Below, piece after piece: positions 8,182-15,941 of a DNA stretch of 32,000 nucleotides. Numbering within the stretch: the stretch's first letter is position 1; every line of letters begins with the position of its first letter. Both the position numbers and the translations under genes were made by a program. The stretch covers positions 930,001 through 962,000 of the forward strand of contig NC_012803.1 in assembly GCF_000023205.1 (NCBI RefSeq), written 5' to 3'. The stretch is from Micrococcus luteus NCTC 2665 (lineage in GTDB: Bacteria; Actinomycetota; Actinomycetes; Actinomycetales; Micrococcaceae). The notes under the pieces are model-generated. The model was not told the DNA's origin. It ran no database searches and saw only the letters and a program-made list of their open reading frames with translations.

Positions 8182-9938
8182 GCCGCCGCGACACCCCCGC
8201 CCTGGCCCCCCGCCTGGACGCCCTCGGCGAGGCCGCCGAGTTGGCCGCGGGCCGCCTGCCCGAGGACGTCGTGGCCGGGGCCGACGCCGTCGTGCGCGCG
8301 GCCGGGGAGCGCCAGGCACTCTCCGCGGAGCACACCGTGGTCGGGTTCTTCGGGGCGACGGGCTCCGGCAAGTCCTCCCTGTTCAACGCGCTCACCGGCC
8401 GCGACCTGGCCCGCGTGGCCGCCACCCGGCCCACCACGTCCGAGCCGCTCGCCGCGGTCTGGGGCGTGGGCCGGGGACAGGGGCTGGACCCGGACGCGGA
8501 GCACGGCGACGGCACCGGCGAGGGCGGCGGCGCGGCCGCCCTGCTCGACTGGCTCGGCGTGCGCCGCCGCCACCTGCTGGACGAGGCGCCCGTGCTCGAC
8601 GACGGCCGCCCCGGCTTCCTCGGCCTCGGCCGCCGTGAGGGCGCCGACGCCACCGGCCTGATCCTGCTGGACTTGCCGGACATCGACTCGGTCGAGCGGG
8701 GCAACCGCGAGATCACCTCCCGGCTGGCCGGCCACGTGGACGTGCTGGTGTGGGTCGTGGACCCGGAGAAGTACGCGGACGCCGTGCTGCACCGCGAGTT
8801 CCTGGCGACCATGGGCTCGCACGCGGCCGTGACCCTCGTGCTGCTCAACCAGGTGGACCGGCTCTCGGTGCGGGACCGCGACGTCGTGCTGGCCTCGCTG
8901 CGCCGGATGCTCTCGGGCCACGGCCTCGGCGACGTCCGCGTGCTGCCCGTGTCCGCGCGCACGGGGGAGGGCCTCGAGGAGGTCGGCCGGCAGGTCGCGG
9001 CGATCGTCGCCCAGCGCGGCGCGGCCGCCGAGCGCCTGGGCGCGGACGTCGCGGCCCGTGCCGCGGACCTCGCCGCCGCCTCGGGCGAGGGCGAGCCGGC
9101 CGGCGTCGGGCCCGGGGACGAGCAGCGGCTCGGGCGCGAGCTGGCCGTGGCCGGCGGCGTGCCGGCCGTCGTCCGGGCGGTCGAGGGCTCGTACCGGCTG
9201 CGTTCGGCCAAGCGCACCAGCTGGCCCGTGCTGCGCTGGATGCACTCCTTCCGCGCAGACCCCCTGCGGCGCCTGCACCTGATGCCCGAGAGCGCCGCCC
9301 CCCGCCGCGACCGGGACGAGGTCGTCCGCGACCCCGCGCTGCACCGCACCTCCCTGCCCGAGCGCTCGGGCACCCAGCGGGCCGTCGTCGACGGCGCGGT
9401 CCGCACGCTGGCCGCCGCGGCCGGCGCGGGAGCCTCCGAGCCGTGGGCCGCCGCCATCCGCCGCGCGGGCCGGGAGCACGCCGAGGACGTCCCCGGCGCC
9501 GTGGACCAGGCGATCGCCGCCACCGACCTCGGGGCCGGTCGGGGCAGCTGGTGGCACCCCGTGCTCGACGTGCTGCAGTGGCTCGCCCTCCTCACCGCCG
9601 TCGTCGGCGCCGGCTGGCTGGGCGTCCTCGCCCTGGCCGGGTACCTGCAGTTCCCCCTGCCGCCAGCGCCCACGGTCGAGGGCTTCCCCCTCCCGACGCT
9701 GCTGCTCGTCGGCGGCCTCGCGCTCGGCGTGCTGCTGGCCCTGCTGGCGATCCCCCTGACCCGGTGGACCGCCGCGGCGCGGGGACGCCGCGCGCGCCGC
9801 CGCCTCGAGGAGGCGACCACCGACGTCGGCCGGCGGCTCGTCGTCGACCCGGTGCGCGCCGAGGTGGACCGCTTCCACGCCTTCCGCGACGCCCTCGCCC
9901 GGGCCTCCGGCGTCCCGGTCCGGCGGGGCCGCCGGTGA
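8178..9938 (+). CDS. Dynamin-like / P-loop GTPase family protein, paralogue 2 (membrane-anchored)
   Basis: G1 is GATGSGKSSLFNAL, G2 region RPTTSEP, G3 region LDLPDIDSV and G4 NQVD. Two hydrophobic helices near the C-terminus (WLALLTAVVGAGWLGVLALAGYL and LLLVGGLALGVLLALLAIPL) are followed by an Arg-rich tail. ATGA overlap with paralogue 1, with the SD gggggaggag upstream. Confidence 0.75.
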   Translation: MSRRDTPALAPRLDALGEAAELAAGRLPEDVVAGADAVVRAAGERQALSAEHTVVGFFGATGSGKSSLFNALTGRDLARVAATRPTTSEPLAAVWGVGRGQGLDPDAEHGDGTGEGGGAAALLDWLGVRRRHLLDEAPVLDDGRPGFLGLGRREGADATGLILLDLPDIDSVERGNREITSRLAGHVDVLVWVVDPEKYADAVLHREFLATMGSHAAVTLVLLNQVDRLSVRDRDVVLASLRRMLSGHGLGDVRVLPVSARTGEGLEEVGRQVAAIVAQRGAAAERLGADVAARAADLAAASGEGEPAGVGPGDEQRLGRELAVAGGVPAVVRAVEGSYRLRSAKRTSWPVLRWMHSFRADPLRRLHLMPESAAPRRDRDEVVRDPALHRTSLPERSGTQRAVVDGAVRTLAAAAGAGASEPWAAAIRRAGREHAEDVPGAVDQAIAATDLGAGRGSWWHPVLDVLQWLALLTAVVGAGWLGVLALAGYLQFPLPPAPTVEGFPLPTLLLVGGLALGVLLALLAIPLTRWTAAARGRRARRRLEEATTDVGRRLVVDPVRAEVDRFHAFRDALARASGVPVRRGRR

Positions 9939-11083
9939 CGGTGCGCGACCCCGCGGCTGCGGCGGGGGCGACCGTCGGCGACCTCACGGAGTCCGAGCTG
10001 CTGGAGGCGGTCCTGACCGGGCTCGCCCCCGCCGTCCGGGACGGCCACTGGCCCGCCGGCACCGTCGCCCCGGGCGACGACGCCGCCCTCGTGCCCGCGC
10101 CCCGCGGCGGGACGCTCATCTCCACGGACGCGATGGGGGAGGGCACGGACTTCCTGCACCGCTGGCCCGCCGGTCCCCGCACCCGCGGCTACGACGCCGG
10201 CTGGAAGGCCGTCGCCCAGAACCTCTCGGACGTCAACGCGATGGGCGGGACCGCGTCCGCACTCGTCACCGCCCTCACCCTGCCGCCGACGACGCCGGTC
10301 GCCTGGGTGCGGTCGTTCGCCGCGGGCATCGTCGGCGCGGTGCGTCACCTCGGCGCGCCGGACTGCCGGGTGGCCGGGGGCGACCTGGGCACCGGCGGAC
10401 GGGTCCACGCCGCGGTGACGGTGCTCGGGGACCCGCACCCCGGCGGCGTGCTGTGCCGCACGCCGGCCGCGGAGGACCGGGGCCGCGTGCTCGCCGAGGG
10501 CGCCGACCTCGTCCATGCCCAGGCGGTGCTGGGGGGTCCCCGGGCCGCCGCGCCTGCGGGGCCGGGGTGGGCCGCGGGTGGGCTCGCCCTGCTGCTCACT
10601 GACCGCGCGGAGCTGGAGCGACGAGCGGACGCCCTCCCCGCCGCCGACCGGCCGTCACCGCGGGAGCTCGCCCGCGCCGTCCGCGCCCAGCTGCGACCCC
10701 GCCCGCCGCTGGCCCTGGGGCCCGCCGCGGTGGCGGCCGGCCTGCTCACCCTCATGGACGTCTCCGACGGCCTGGGCAAGGACGCGCACCGCATGGCGGC
10801 CGCCACCGGCGGGACCGGTCCCGCGCCGGCACCGTGGCTGGACGAGGCCTGGCTGGCGGAGGCCGCCGCACCCCTGCGCCGCGTGGCCGCCCTGGCCGGG
10901 ACCAGCCCGGAGGCGCTCGTGACCGGCGGGGGCGAGGACTACGGCCTCCTGGGGCTGGCGTGGCCCGAGACCGAGCTGCCCCGGGGGTTCACTCGGATCG
11001 GCCGGCTCGTGCCGGCCGGGGCCCGGGCGCCGGCCGGGCACCGGCCCCTGCCCGAGTCCGGCTGGGACCCGTTCGGCGGCTGA
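9935..11083 (+). CDS. thiL: Thiamine-monophosphate kinase
   Basis: AIR-synthase-like ThiL motifs are present: PGDDAALV, TDAMGEGTDF, AVAQNLSDVNAMGG and VAGGDLG. The GTG start overlaps the upstream stop (GTGA); a GTG at 9941 is an alternative. The track ORF 8750-11083 is an over-extension. Confidence 0.85.
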   Translation: MTVRDPAAAAGATVGDLTESELLEAVLTGLAPAVRDGHWPAGTVAPGDDAALVPAPRGGTLISTDAMGEGTDFLHRWPAGPRTRGYDAGWKAVAQNLSDVNAMGGTASALVTALTLPPTTPVAWVRSFAAGIVGAVRHLGAPDCRVAGGDLGTGGRVHAAVTVLGDPHPGGVLCRTPAAEDRGRVLAEGADLVHAQAVLGGPRAAAPAGPGWAAGGLALLLTDRAELERRADALPAADRPSPRELARAVRAQLRPRPPLALGPAAVAAGLLTLMDVSDGLGKDAHRMAAATGGTGPAPAPWLDEAWLAEAAAPLRRVAALAGTSPEALVTGGGEDYGLLGLAWPETELPRGFTRIGRLVPAGARAPAGHRPLPESGWDPFGG

Positions 11084-11110
11084 GCGTCCGGGCCGGGATC
11101 CGCGGGCGGA

Positions 11111-12577
11111 TCAGGCCGGGCGGAGGAGTCGCTCCGGGTCGAAGCGGTGCCCGAGGCCGACGACGTCCCACCCGTGCTCGCGCCACGATGCGACGTCCAG
11201 GACATTGCGCCCGTCGATCAGCAGGCGTGAGGCCACGCGTGCTCCTACGGCGTCCGGATCCATCTCGCGGAACTGGCGCCACTCGGTCAGCAGCAGGGTC
11301 AGCTCGGCGCCGTCCACGGCCGCGTCCAGCGAGTCCACGTAGTCGAGCCGCGGGAAGCGGGCGGCCGCGTTGGCGTTGCCCTCGGGGTCGTACACGCGGA
11401 CGTCGGCGCCGGCCGTGTAGAGACGGTTGGCGACGTCGAGGGCGGGGGAGTCCCGGACGTCGTCGGAGTCCGGCTTGAACGTGACGCCCAGCACGGCGAT
11501 CCGCGTGCCGTTGAGCACCTGGACGCTCGCGGGGGTGGGGGCGGTTCCGGAGGCCTCGGCCCGGCGGACGCGGCCGTCGCGAGCCGCGGAGAGCACCTGC
11601 ACGGCCAGGTCCACCACGCGGTCGCGGCGGCGCAGGTTGATGTCGTCCACCTCCGCCAGGAGCCGCATGGTCCGGTCCAGGCCCAGCTCGGAGACGCGGG
11701 CCTGGAGCGCGCGGATGTCCTTGGGCAGGCAGCCGCCCCCGAAGCCCACGCCCGCGTTGAGGAAGCGGCGTCCGATCCGGGCGTCGTGGCCGATCGCGTC
11801 CGCGAGGGTGCCGATGTCCCCGCCCACGTTCTCGGTGATCTCCGAGAACGCGTTGATGAACGAGATCTTCGTGGCCAGGAAGGCGTTGGCGGCCACCTTC
11901 ACCAGCTCGGCCGTCTCGAGGTCCGTGCTGATCCACGGGGTGTCGGCAGCGAGCTGCCGCGCGTAGACCCGCCGCAGGATCCCCTCGGCGCGGGGCCCGT
12001 GGGTGCCGATGACGAGGCGGTCCGGGGTGAGCGTGTCCCTCACCGCGAAGCCCTCCCGCAGGAACTCGGGGTTCCAGGCGAGCTCGACCTCGCCCGGCAG
12101 TCCGGCCTCCGCGCGCACGGTGTGCACGAGCTCGGCCAGGCGGCGCGCGGTGCCCACGGGCACGGTCGACTTGCCGACGATCAGCGCGTCGCGGTCGATC
12201 GCCGCGGCGAGGGAGGCGACGGCGGCGTCCACATAGCTCAGGTCCGCCGCGGTCTCGCCCACCTTCTGCGGGGTGCCGACGCCGATGAAGTGGACGTCCG
12301 CCCAGCGGGCCGCCTCCGCGACGTCGGTGGTGAAGCGCAGCCGCCCGGAGGCGACGTGGGTGCGCAGCAGCTCGGGCAGGCCGGGTTCGTGGAAGGGCAC
12401 CTCGCCGCGGGCCAGGCGCTCGATCTTGGCCGGGTCCACGTCCACGCCGAGGACCTCGAAGCCCAGCTCGGCCATGCAGGCGGCGTGTGTGGCGCCCAGA
12501 TAGCCCGTGCCGATCACGGACAGCCGCGGCGCGGCCTCCTGCTCGGCGGGGGCGGCGGGCGCGGTCGTCTCGGTCAC
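11111..12577 (-). CDS. ugd: UDP-glucose 6-dehydrogenase (UDP-glucose/GDP-mannose dehydrogenase family)
   Basis: N-terminal Rossmann segment is VIGTGYLGATHAACMAELG. The catalytic Cys region is GFGGGCLPKDIRAL, and a UDP-binding C-terminal domain follows. GTG start with a GAGGAG SD 6 nt upstream. Confidence 0.9.
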   Translation of the reverse strand: MTETTAPAAPAEQEAAPRLSVIGTGYLGATHAACMAELGFEVLGVDVDPAKIERLARGEVPFHEPGLPELLRTHVASGRLRFTTDVAEAARWADVHFIGVGTPQKVGETAADLSYVDAAVASLAAAIDRDALIVGKSTVPVGTARRLAELVHTVRAEAGLPGEVELAWNPEFLREGFAVRDTLTPDRLVIGTHGPRAEGILRRVYARQLAADTPWISTDLETAELVKVAANAFLATKISFINAFSEITENVGGDIGTLADAIGHDARIGRRFLNAGVGFGGGCLPKDIRALQARVSELGLDRTMRLLAEVDDINLRRRDRVVDLAVQVLSAARDGRVRRAEASGTAPTPASVQVLNGTRIAVLGVTFKPDSDDVRDSPALDVANRLYTAGADVRVYDPEGNANAAARFPRLDYVDSLDAAVDGAELTLLLTEWRQFREMDPDAVGARVASRLLIDGRNVLDVASWREHGWDVVGLGHRFDPERLLRPA

Positions 12578-12700
12578 GGCGGACTCCTCGGTGGTGCGGG
12601 GGGCGGCGGTCGGGGACCTGGTTGACGCTAGGCCCCGCGGGTGAACGCGGGAAGAACGGGGTGTCTCCGCGGCGCGTCCCGTCGGTGGCGCGGGCGGGCC

Positions 12701-13477
12701 TCAGGCCTCGCCGGCGCGGATGAGCTCGGTGAGCCGCGTCGCGGCGGAGACGACGGCGTCCGCGTGCAGCCGGCCCGGCTGGCGGGAGAGCCGTTCGAGG
12801 GGGCCGGAGATCGAGACCGCCGCGATGACGCGTCCGCTGGGGCCGCGCACCGGTGCGGACACCGAGGCGACCCCGGGCTCGCGCTCGGCCAGGGACTGGG
12901 CCCAGCCGCGCCGCCGCACCGCCGCGAGGACGGTGGGTGTGAAGACGGCGCCGGCCAGCCCCTCGACGAGCCGCTCGTGGTCCTCCCAGGCCAGGAGCAC
13001 CTGCGCGGCGGAGCCGGCCTTCATGGACATGCGGGCGCCCACGGGGATGGTGTCGCGCAGGCCCCAGGGCCGCTCCGCGCTGGCCACGCACACGCGGGAG
13101 TCCGCCTGCCGACGGAACACCTGGGCACTCTCTCCCGTGGCATCACGCAGCCACAGCAGCACCGGGCCGGAGGCCGTCGTGAGCCGGTCCTCGCCGGCAG
13201 CGGAGGCGAGCTCGGCCAGGCGGGTGCCCAGCACGTAGCGGCCCTGCAGGTCCTTGCCCACCATGCGGTGGTGCGTGAGGGCGGCCGCGAGCCGGTGCAG
13301 CGTGGGCCGCGCGATCCCGGTGGCGGTGACGAGCTGGGCGAGCGTGGCCGGGCCGGACTCGAGCGCGTCGAGGATCGCCACCGACTTGTCCACCACGCCG
13401 ACGCCGCTGGGATGCCGGTGGAGCGAGGGGCCGATGAGGTCGTCCTCGGTGGGTGGGCGCACGGGCTCGGTGGTCAT
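12701..13477 (-). CDS. IclR family transcriptional regulator (LtbR/NdgR-type, divergent from leuCD)
   Basis: The N-terminal wHTH is [36 protein letters not shown], with an IclR effector domain behind it. The divergent position next to leuC is conserved, as with Rv2989, C. glutamicum LtbR and Streptomyces NdgR. Confidence 0.9.
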   Translation of the reverse strand: MTTEPVRPPTEDDLIGPSLHRHPSGVGVVDKSVAILDALESGPATLAQLVTATGIARPTLHRLAAALTHHRMVGKDLQGRYVLGTRLAELASAAGEDRLTTASGPVLLWLRDATGESAQVFRRQADSRVCVASAERPWGLRDTIPVGARMSMKAGSAAQVLLAWEDHERLVEGLAGAVFTPTVLAAVRRRGWAQSLAEREPGVASVSAPVRGPSGRVIAAVSISGPLERLSRQPGRLHADAVVSAATRLTELIRAGEA

Positions 13478-13483
13478 GGTGTG

Positions 13484-13489
13484 ATCGTA
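13484..13489 (-). promoter_or_regulatory. Candidate -10 box (TACGAT on the minus strand) for a leaderless IclR-regulator transcript
   Basis: The minus strand reads TACGAT-CACACC-ATG, which puts 6 nt between the hexamer and the start codon, with no SD. Confidence 0.4.
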
Positions 13490-13557
13490 GTCGTCTCACT
13501 GCGCGGACGGCCGTGGGTGTCGGCGCGCGTCGTGTGCGACCGGGCCGGCCGCCGCCG

Positions 13558-13598
13558 ATTCCGGAATATGAGACGAAATCTCACGATATGGAATATCG
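13558..13598. promoter_or_regulatory. Cluster of short palindromes in an AT-richer island: candidate operator(s)/promoter for leuCD
   Basis: Three palindromes are present: attccggaat (13558-13567), tgaga-cgaaa-tctca (13569-13583) and cgatat-gga-atatcg (13584-13598). GGAATAT repeats 28 bp apart. tcgtctca (13491-13498) is the inverted partner of tgagacga (13569-13576). Confidence 0.4.
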
Positions 13599-13705
13599 CG
13601 CCCCGTGGTCGAGAACGGCCCCGCCGCGCCCCACAGTGGTCCGTGAGCACCGGCGCCCCGCGCCGGGCGACGACCGACAGGTGCGTGAGCAGGAAGGTGC
13701 GGCAG

Positions 13706-15160
13706 ATGACGACGGCGACGACGCGACCCAGGACGCTGGCCGAGAAGGTCTGGGACGAACACGTGGTGGTGCGCGGCGAGGGCGAGGGCGCCTCCCGCAC
13801 CCCCGACCTGCTCTACATCGACCTGCACCTCGTGCACGAGGTGACGAGCCCGCAGGCCTTCGAGGGGCTGCGTCTGGCCGGGCGTCCGGTGCGTCGGCCC
13901 GACCTGACCATCGCCACGGAGGACCACAACACCCCGACGCTGGACATCGACCAGCCGATCGCGGATGCCACCTCGCGCACCCAGATCGAGACCCTGCGGG
14001 CCAACTGCGCCGAGTTCGGCGTCCGCCTGCACCCGTTGGGCGACGCCGAGCAGGGCATCGTCCACGTCGTCGGCCCCCAGCTGGGCCTGACCCAGCCCGG
14101 CCTCACCGTGGTCTGCGGCGACTCCCACACCTCCACCCACGGCGCGTTCGGCGCCCTGGCGTTCGGCATCGGCACCTCCGAGGTCGAGCACGTCCTGGCC
14201 ACCCAGACCCTGCCGCTCAAGCCCTTCAAGACCATGGCGGTCACCGTGGACGGCACGCTGCGCCCGGGCGTGACGGCCAAGGACATCATCCTCGCGGTCA
14301 TCGCGAAGATCGGCACGGGCGGGGGCCAGGGCTTCGTGCTCGAGTACCGCGGTGAGGCCATCCGGAACCTCTCCATGGAGGGCCGGATGACCATCTGCAA
14401 CATGTCCATCGAGGCCGGCGCCCGCGCCGGCATGGTCGCCCCGGACGAGACCACCTTCGCCTACCTGAAGGGACGGCCCCACGCCCCCGTGGGCGCCGAC
14501 TGGGACGCCGCCGTCGAGCACTGGCGCACCCTCGCCACGGACGAGGGCGCGGAGTTCGACGCCGAGGTGGTCATCGACGCGGACACGCTGGAGCCGTTCG
14601 TCACGTGGGGCACCAACCCGGGTCAGGGCGTGAGCCTGAACGACGCCGTCCCCGCGCCCGAGGACTTCGCCGACCCGGTGGCCCAGGAGGCGGCCCGCAA
14701 GGCGCTGTCCTACATGGACCTGGCCCCCGGCACGCCGATGAAGCAGGTCGAGGTCGACACCGTCTTCATGGGCTCGTGCACCAACTCCCGCATCGAGGAC
14801 CTGCGGGCGTTCGCCGAGGTCGTCCGGGGCCGGCGCAAGGCCGAGGGGCTGCGCGTCATGGTCGTGCCGGGCTCGGCGCGCGTGCGTCTGCAGGCCATGG
14901 ACGAGGGCCTGGACAGGGTGTTCGAGGACTTCGGGGCCGAGTGGCGGTTCGCCGGCTGCTCCATGTGCCTGGGCATGAACCCGGACCAGCTCGCCCCGGG
15001 GGAGCGCTGCGCGTCCACCTCCAACCGCAACTTCGAGGGCCGGCAGGGCAAGGGCGGACGCACCCACCTGGTGTCCCCGGTGGTCGCCGCGGCCACCGCC
15101 GTGCTGGGCCGCCTCGCCAGCCCGTCCGACCTGCCCGCCCTCACCCCCCAGGAGGCCTGA
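13706..15160 (+). CDS. leuC: 3-isopropylmalate dehydratase large subunit
   Basis: From [21 protein letters not shown], with aconitase-family motifs ([47 protein letters not shown]). The SD aggaagg lies 9 nt upstream of the ATG. The track ORF 12641-15160 is an over-extension. Confidence 0.95.
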   Translation: MTTATTRPRTLAEKVWDEHVVVRGEGEGASRTPDLLYIDLHLVHEVTSPQAFEGLRLAGRPVRRPDLTIATEDHNTPTLDIDQPIADATSRTQIETLRANCAEFGVRLHPLGDAEQGIVHVVGPQLGLTQPGLTVVCGDSHTSTHGAFGALAFGIGTSEVEHVLATQTLPLKPFKTMAVTVDGTLRPGVTAKDIILAVIAKIGTGGGQGFVLEYRGEAIRNLSMEGRMTICNMSIEAGARAGMVAPDETTFAYLKGRPHAPVGADWDAAVEHWRTLATDEGAEFDAEVVIDADTLEPFVTWGTNPGQGVSLNDAVPAPEDFADPVAQEAARKALSYMDLAPGTPMKQVEVDTVFMGSCTNSRIEDLRAFAEVVRGRRKAEGLRVMVVPGSARVRLQAMDEGLDRVFEDFGAEWRFAGCSMCLGMNPDQLAPGERCASTSNRNFEGRQGKGGRTHLVSPVVAAATAVLGRLASPSDLPALTPQEA

Positions 15161-15163
15161 GCC

Positions 15164-15769
15164 ATGGAGAAGTTCACCACCCACACCGGCGTCGGCGTGC
15201 CGCTGCGCGCCTCGAACGTGGACACGGACCAGATCATCCCGGCCGTGTACCTCAAGCGGATCTCCCGCACGGGCTTCGAGGACGCCCTGTTCGCCGGCTG
15301 GCGCCAGGACCCCGACTTCATCCTGAACACCGAGCCGTTCAGCGGGGGCACCGTGCTCGTGGCGGGCTCCGACTTCGGCACCGGCTCCTCGCGCGAACAT
15401 GCCGTGTGGGCGCTCAAGGACTACGGCTTCCGCGCAGTGATCTCCCCGCGCTTCGCGGACATCTTCCGCGGCAACTCCGCCAAGCAGGGGCTCGTCGCGG
15501 CCCAGGTGGAGCAGGAGGACGTCGAACGCATCTGGAAGGAGCTGGAGAACCGTCCCGGGACCACGGTCACCGTGGACCTCGTCACACGCACCGTCGAGTG
15601 CGGGGATGTGACCGCCCCCTTCCAGATCGACGACGACACCCGTCGCCGGCTGCTCGAGGGCCTGGACGACATCGCCGTCACCCTGGGGCACCAGGCCGAG
15701 ATCGATGCCTATGAGGCGGACCGCCCCGCGTACAAGCCCACCACCCTGCCGGCCCGCACGGCCGGCTGA
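15164..15769 (+). CDS. leuD: 3-isopropylmalate dehydratase small subunit
   Basis: LeuD sequence ([27 protein letters not shown]) begins 3 nt after the leuC stop. Confidence 0.95.
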   Translation: MEKFTTHTGVGVPLRASNVDTDQIIPAVYLKRISRTGFEDALFAGWRQDPDFILNTEPFSGGTVLVAGSDFGTGSSREHAVWALKDYGFRAVISPRFADIFRGNSAKQGLVAAQVEQEDVERIWKELENRPGTTVTVDLVTRTVECGDVTAPFQIDDDTRRRLLEGLDDIAVTLGHQAEIDAYEADRPAYKPTTLPARTAG

Positions 15770-15837
15770 CCGGCCGGCGCCGGGAGCGCACCATTGCCGC
15801 GCGTGCATGGCGACGCCCTATGCTGGGAGTCGATTCC

Positions 15838-15869
15838 GGGACCGCCCGCCGCACGCGGCGGGCGGTCCC
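15838..15869 (+). terminator. Strong GC hairpin downstream of leuD
   Basis: Perfect 14-bp stem, gggaccgcccgccg / cggcgggcggtccc, with a 4-nt loop (cacg), starting 69 nt after the leuD stop. Confidence 0.6.
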
Positions 15870-15941
15870 GTTCAGAGACCTCCCCGCTCCGGCGGAGTGG
15901 CCGAGACCGTGGCCCTGCGGCCGCGCTGAGGAAGGACGCGC

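Noticed and set aside
6364-9938. Interpreting the GTPase pair as an Eleos/LeoABC-type anti-phage defence system
   Set aside because: The genes are embedded in housekeeping core genes and start/stop-coupled to thiL. There are no neighbouring defence or mobile genes. Similarity to LeoA/LeoBC cannot be assessed without profile searches, so only the generic dynamin-like call is retained.
6265-10516. Very long minus-strand ORFs (6265-8319, 6960-9878, 7832-10516) antisense to the GTPase pair and thiL
   Set aside because: Their translations are Arg/Gly/Pro/Ala low-complexity strings with no recognisable motifs. The plus-strand frames carry clear GTPase and ThiL motifs and the expected G/C-rich third positions. 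Long stop-free antisense frames are expected at this GC content.
12641-13705. Upstream extension of the leuC ORF (the track start at 12641)
   Set aside because: It runs antisense through the whole IclR gene. LeuC similarity starts at [16 protein letters not shown] (13706), which has a good SD.
13589-13705. Leucine leader-peptide attenuator upstream of leuC
   Set aside because: The only ATG-initiated frame there ([13 protein letters not shown]...) has no Leu run and continues out of frame into leuC. There is no terminator/antiterminator pair.
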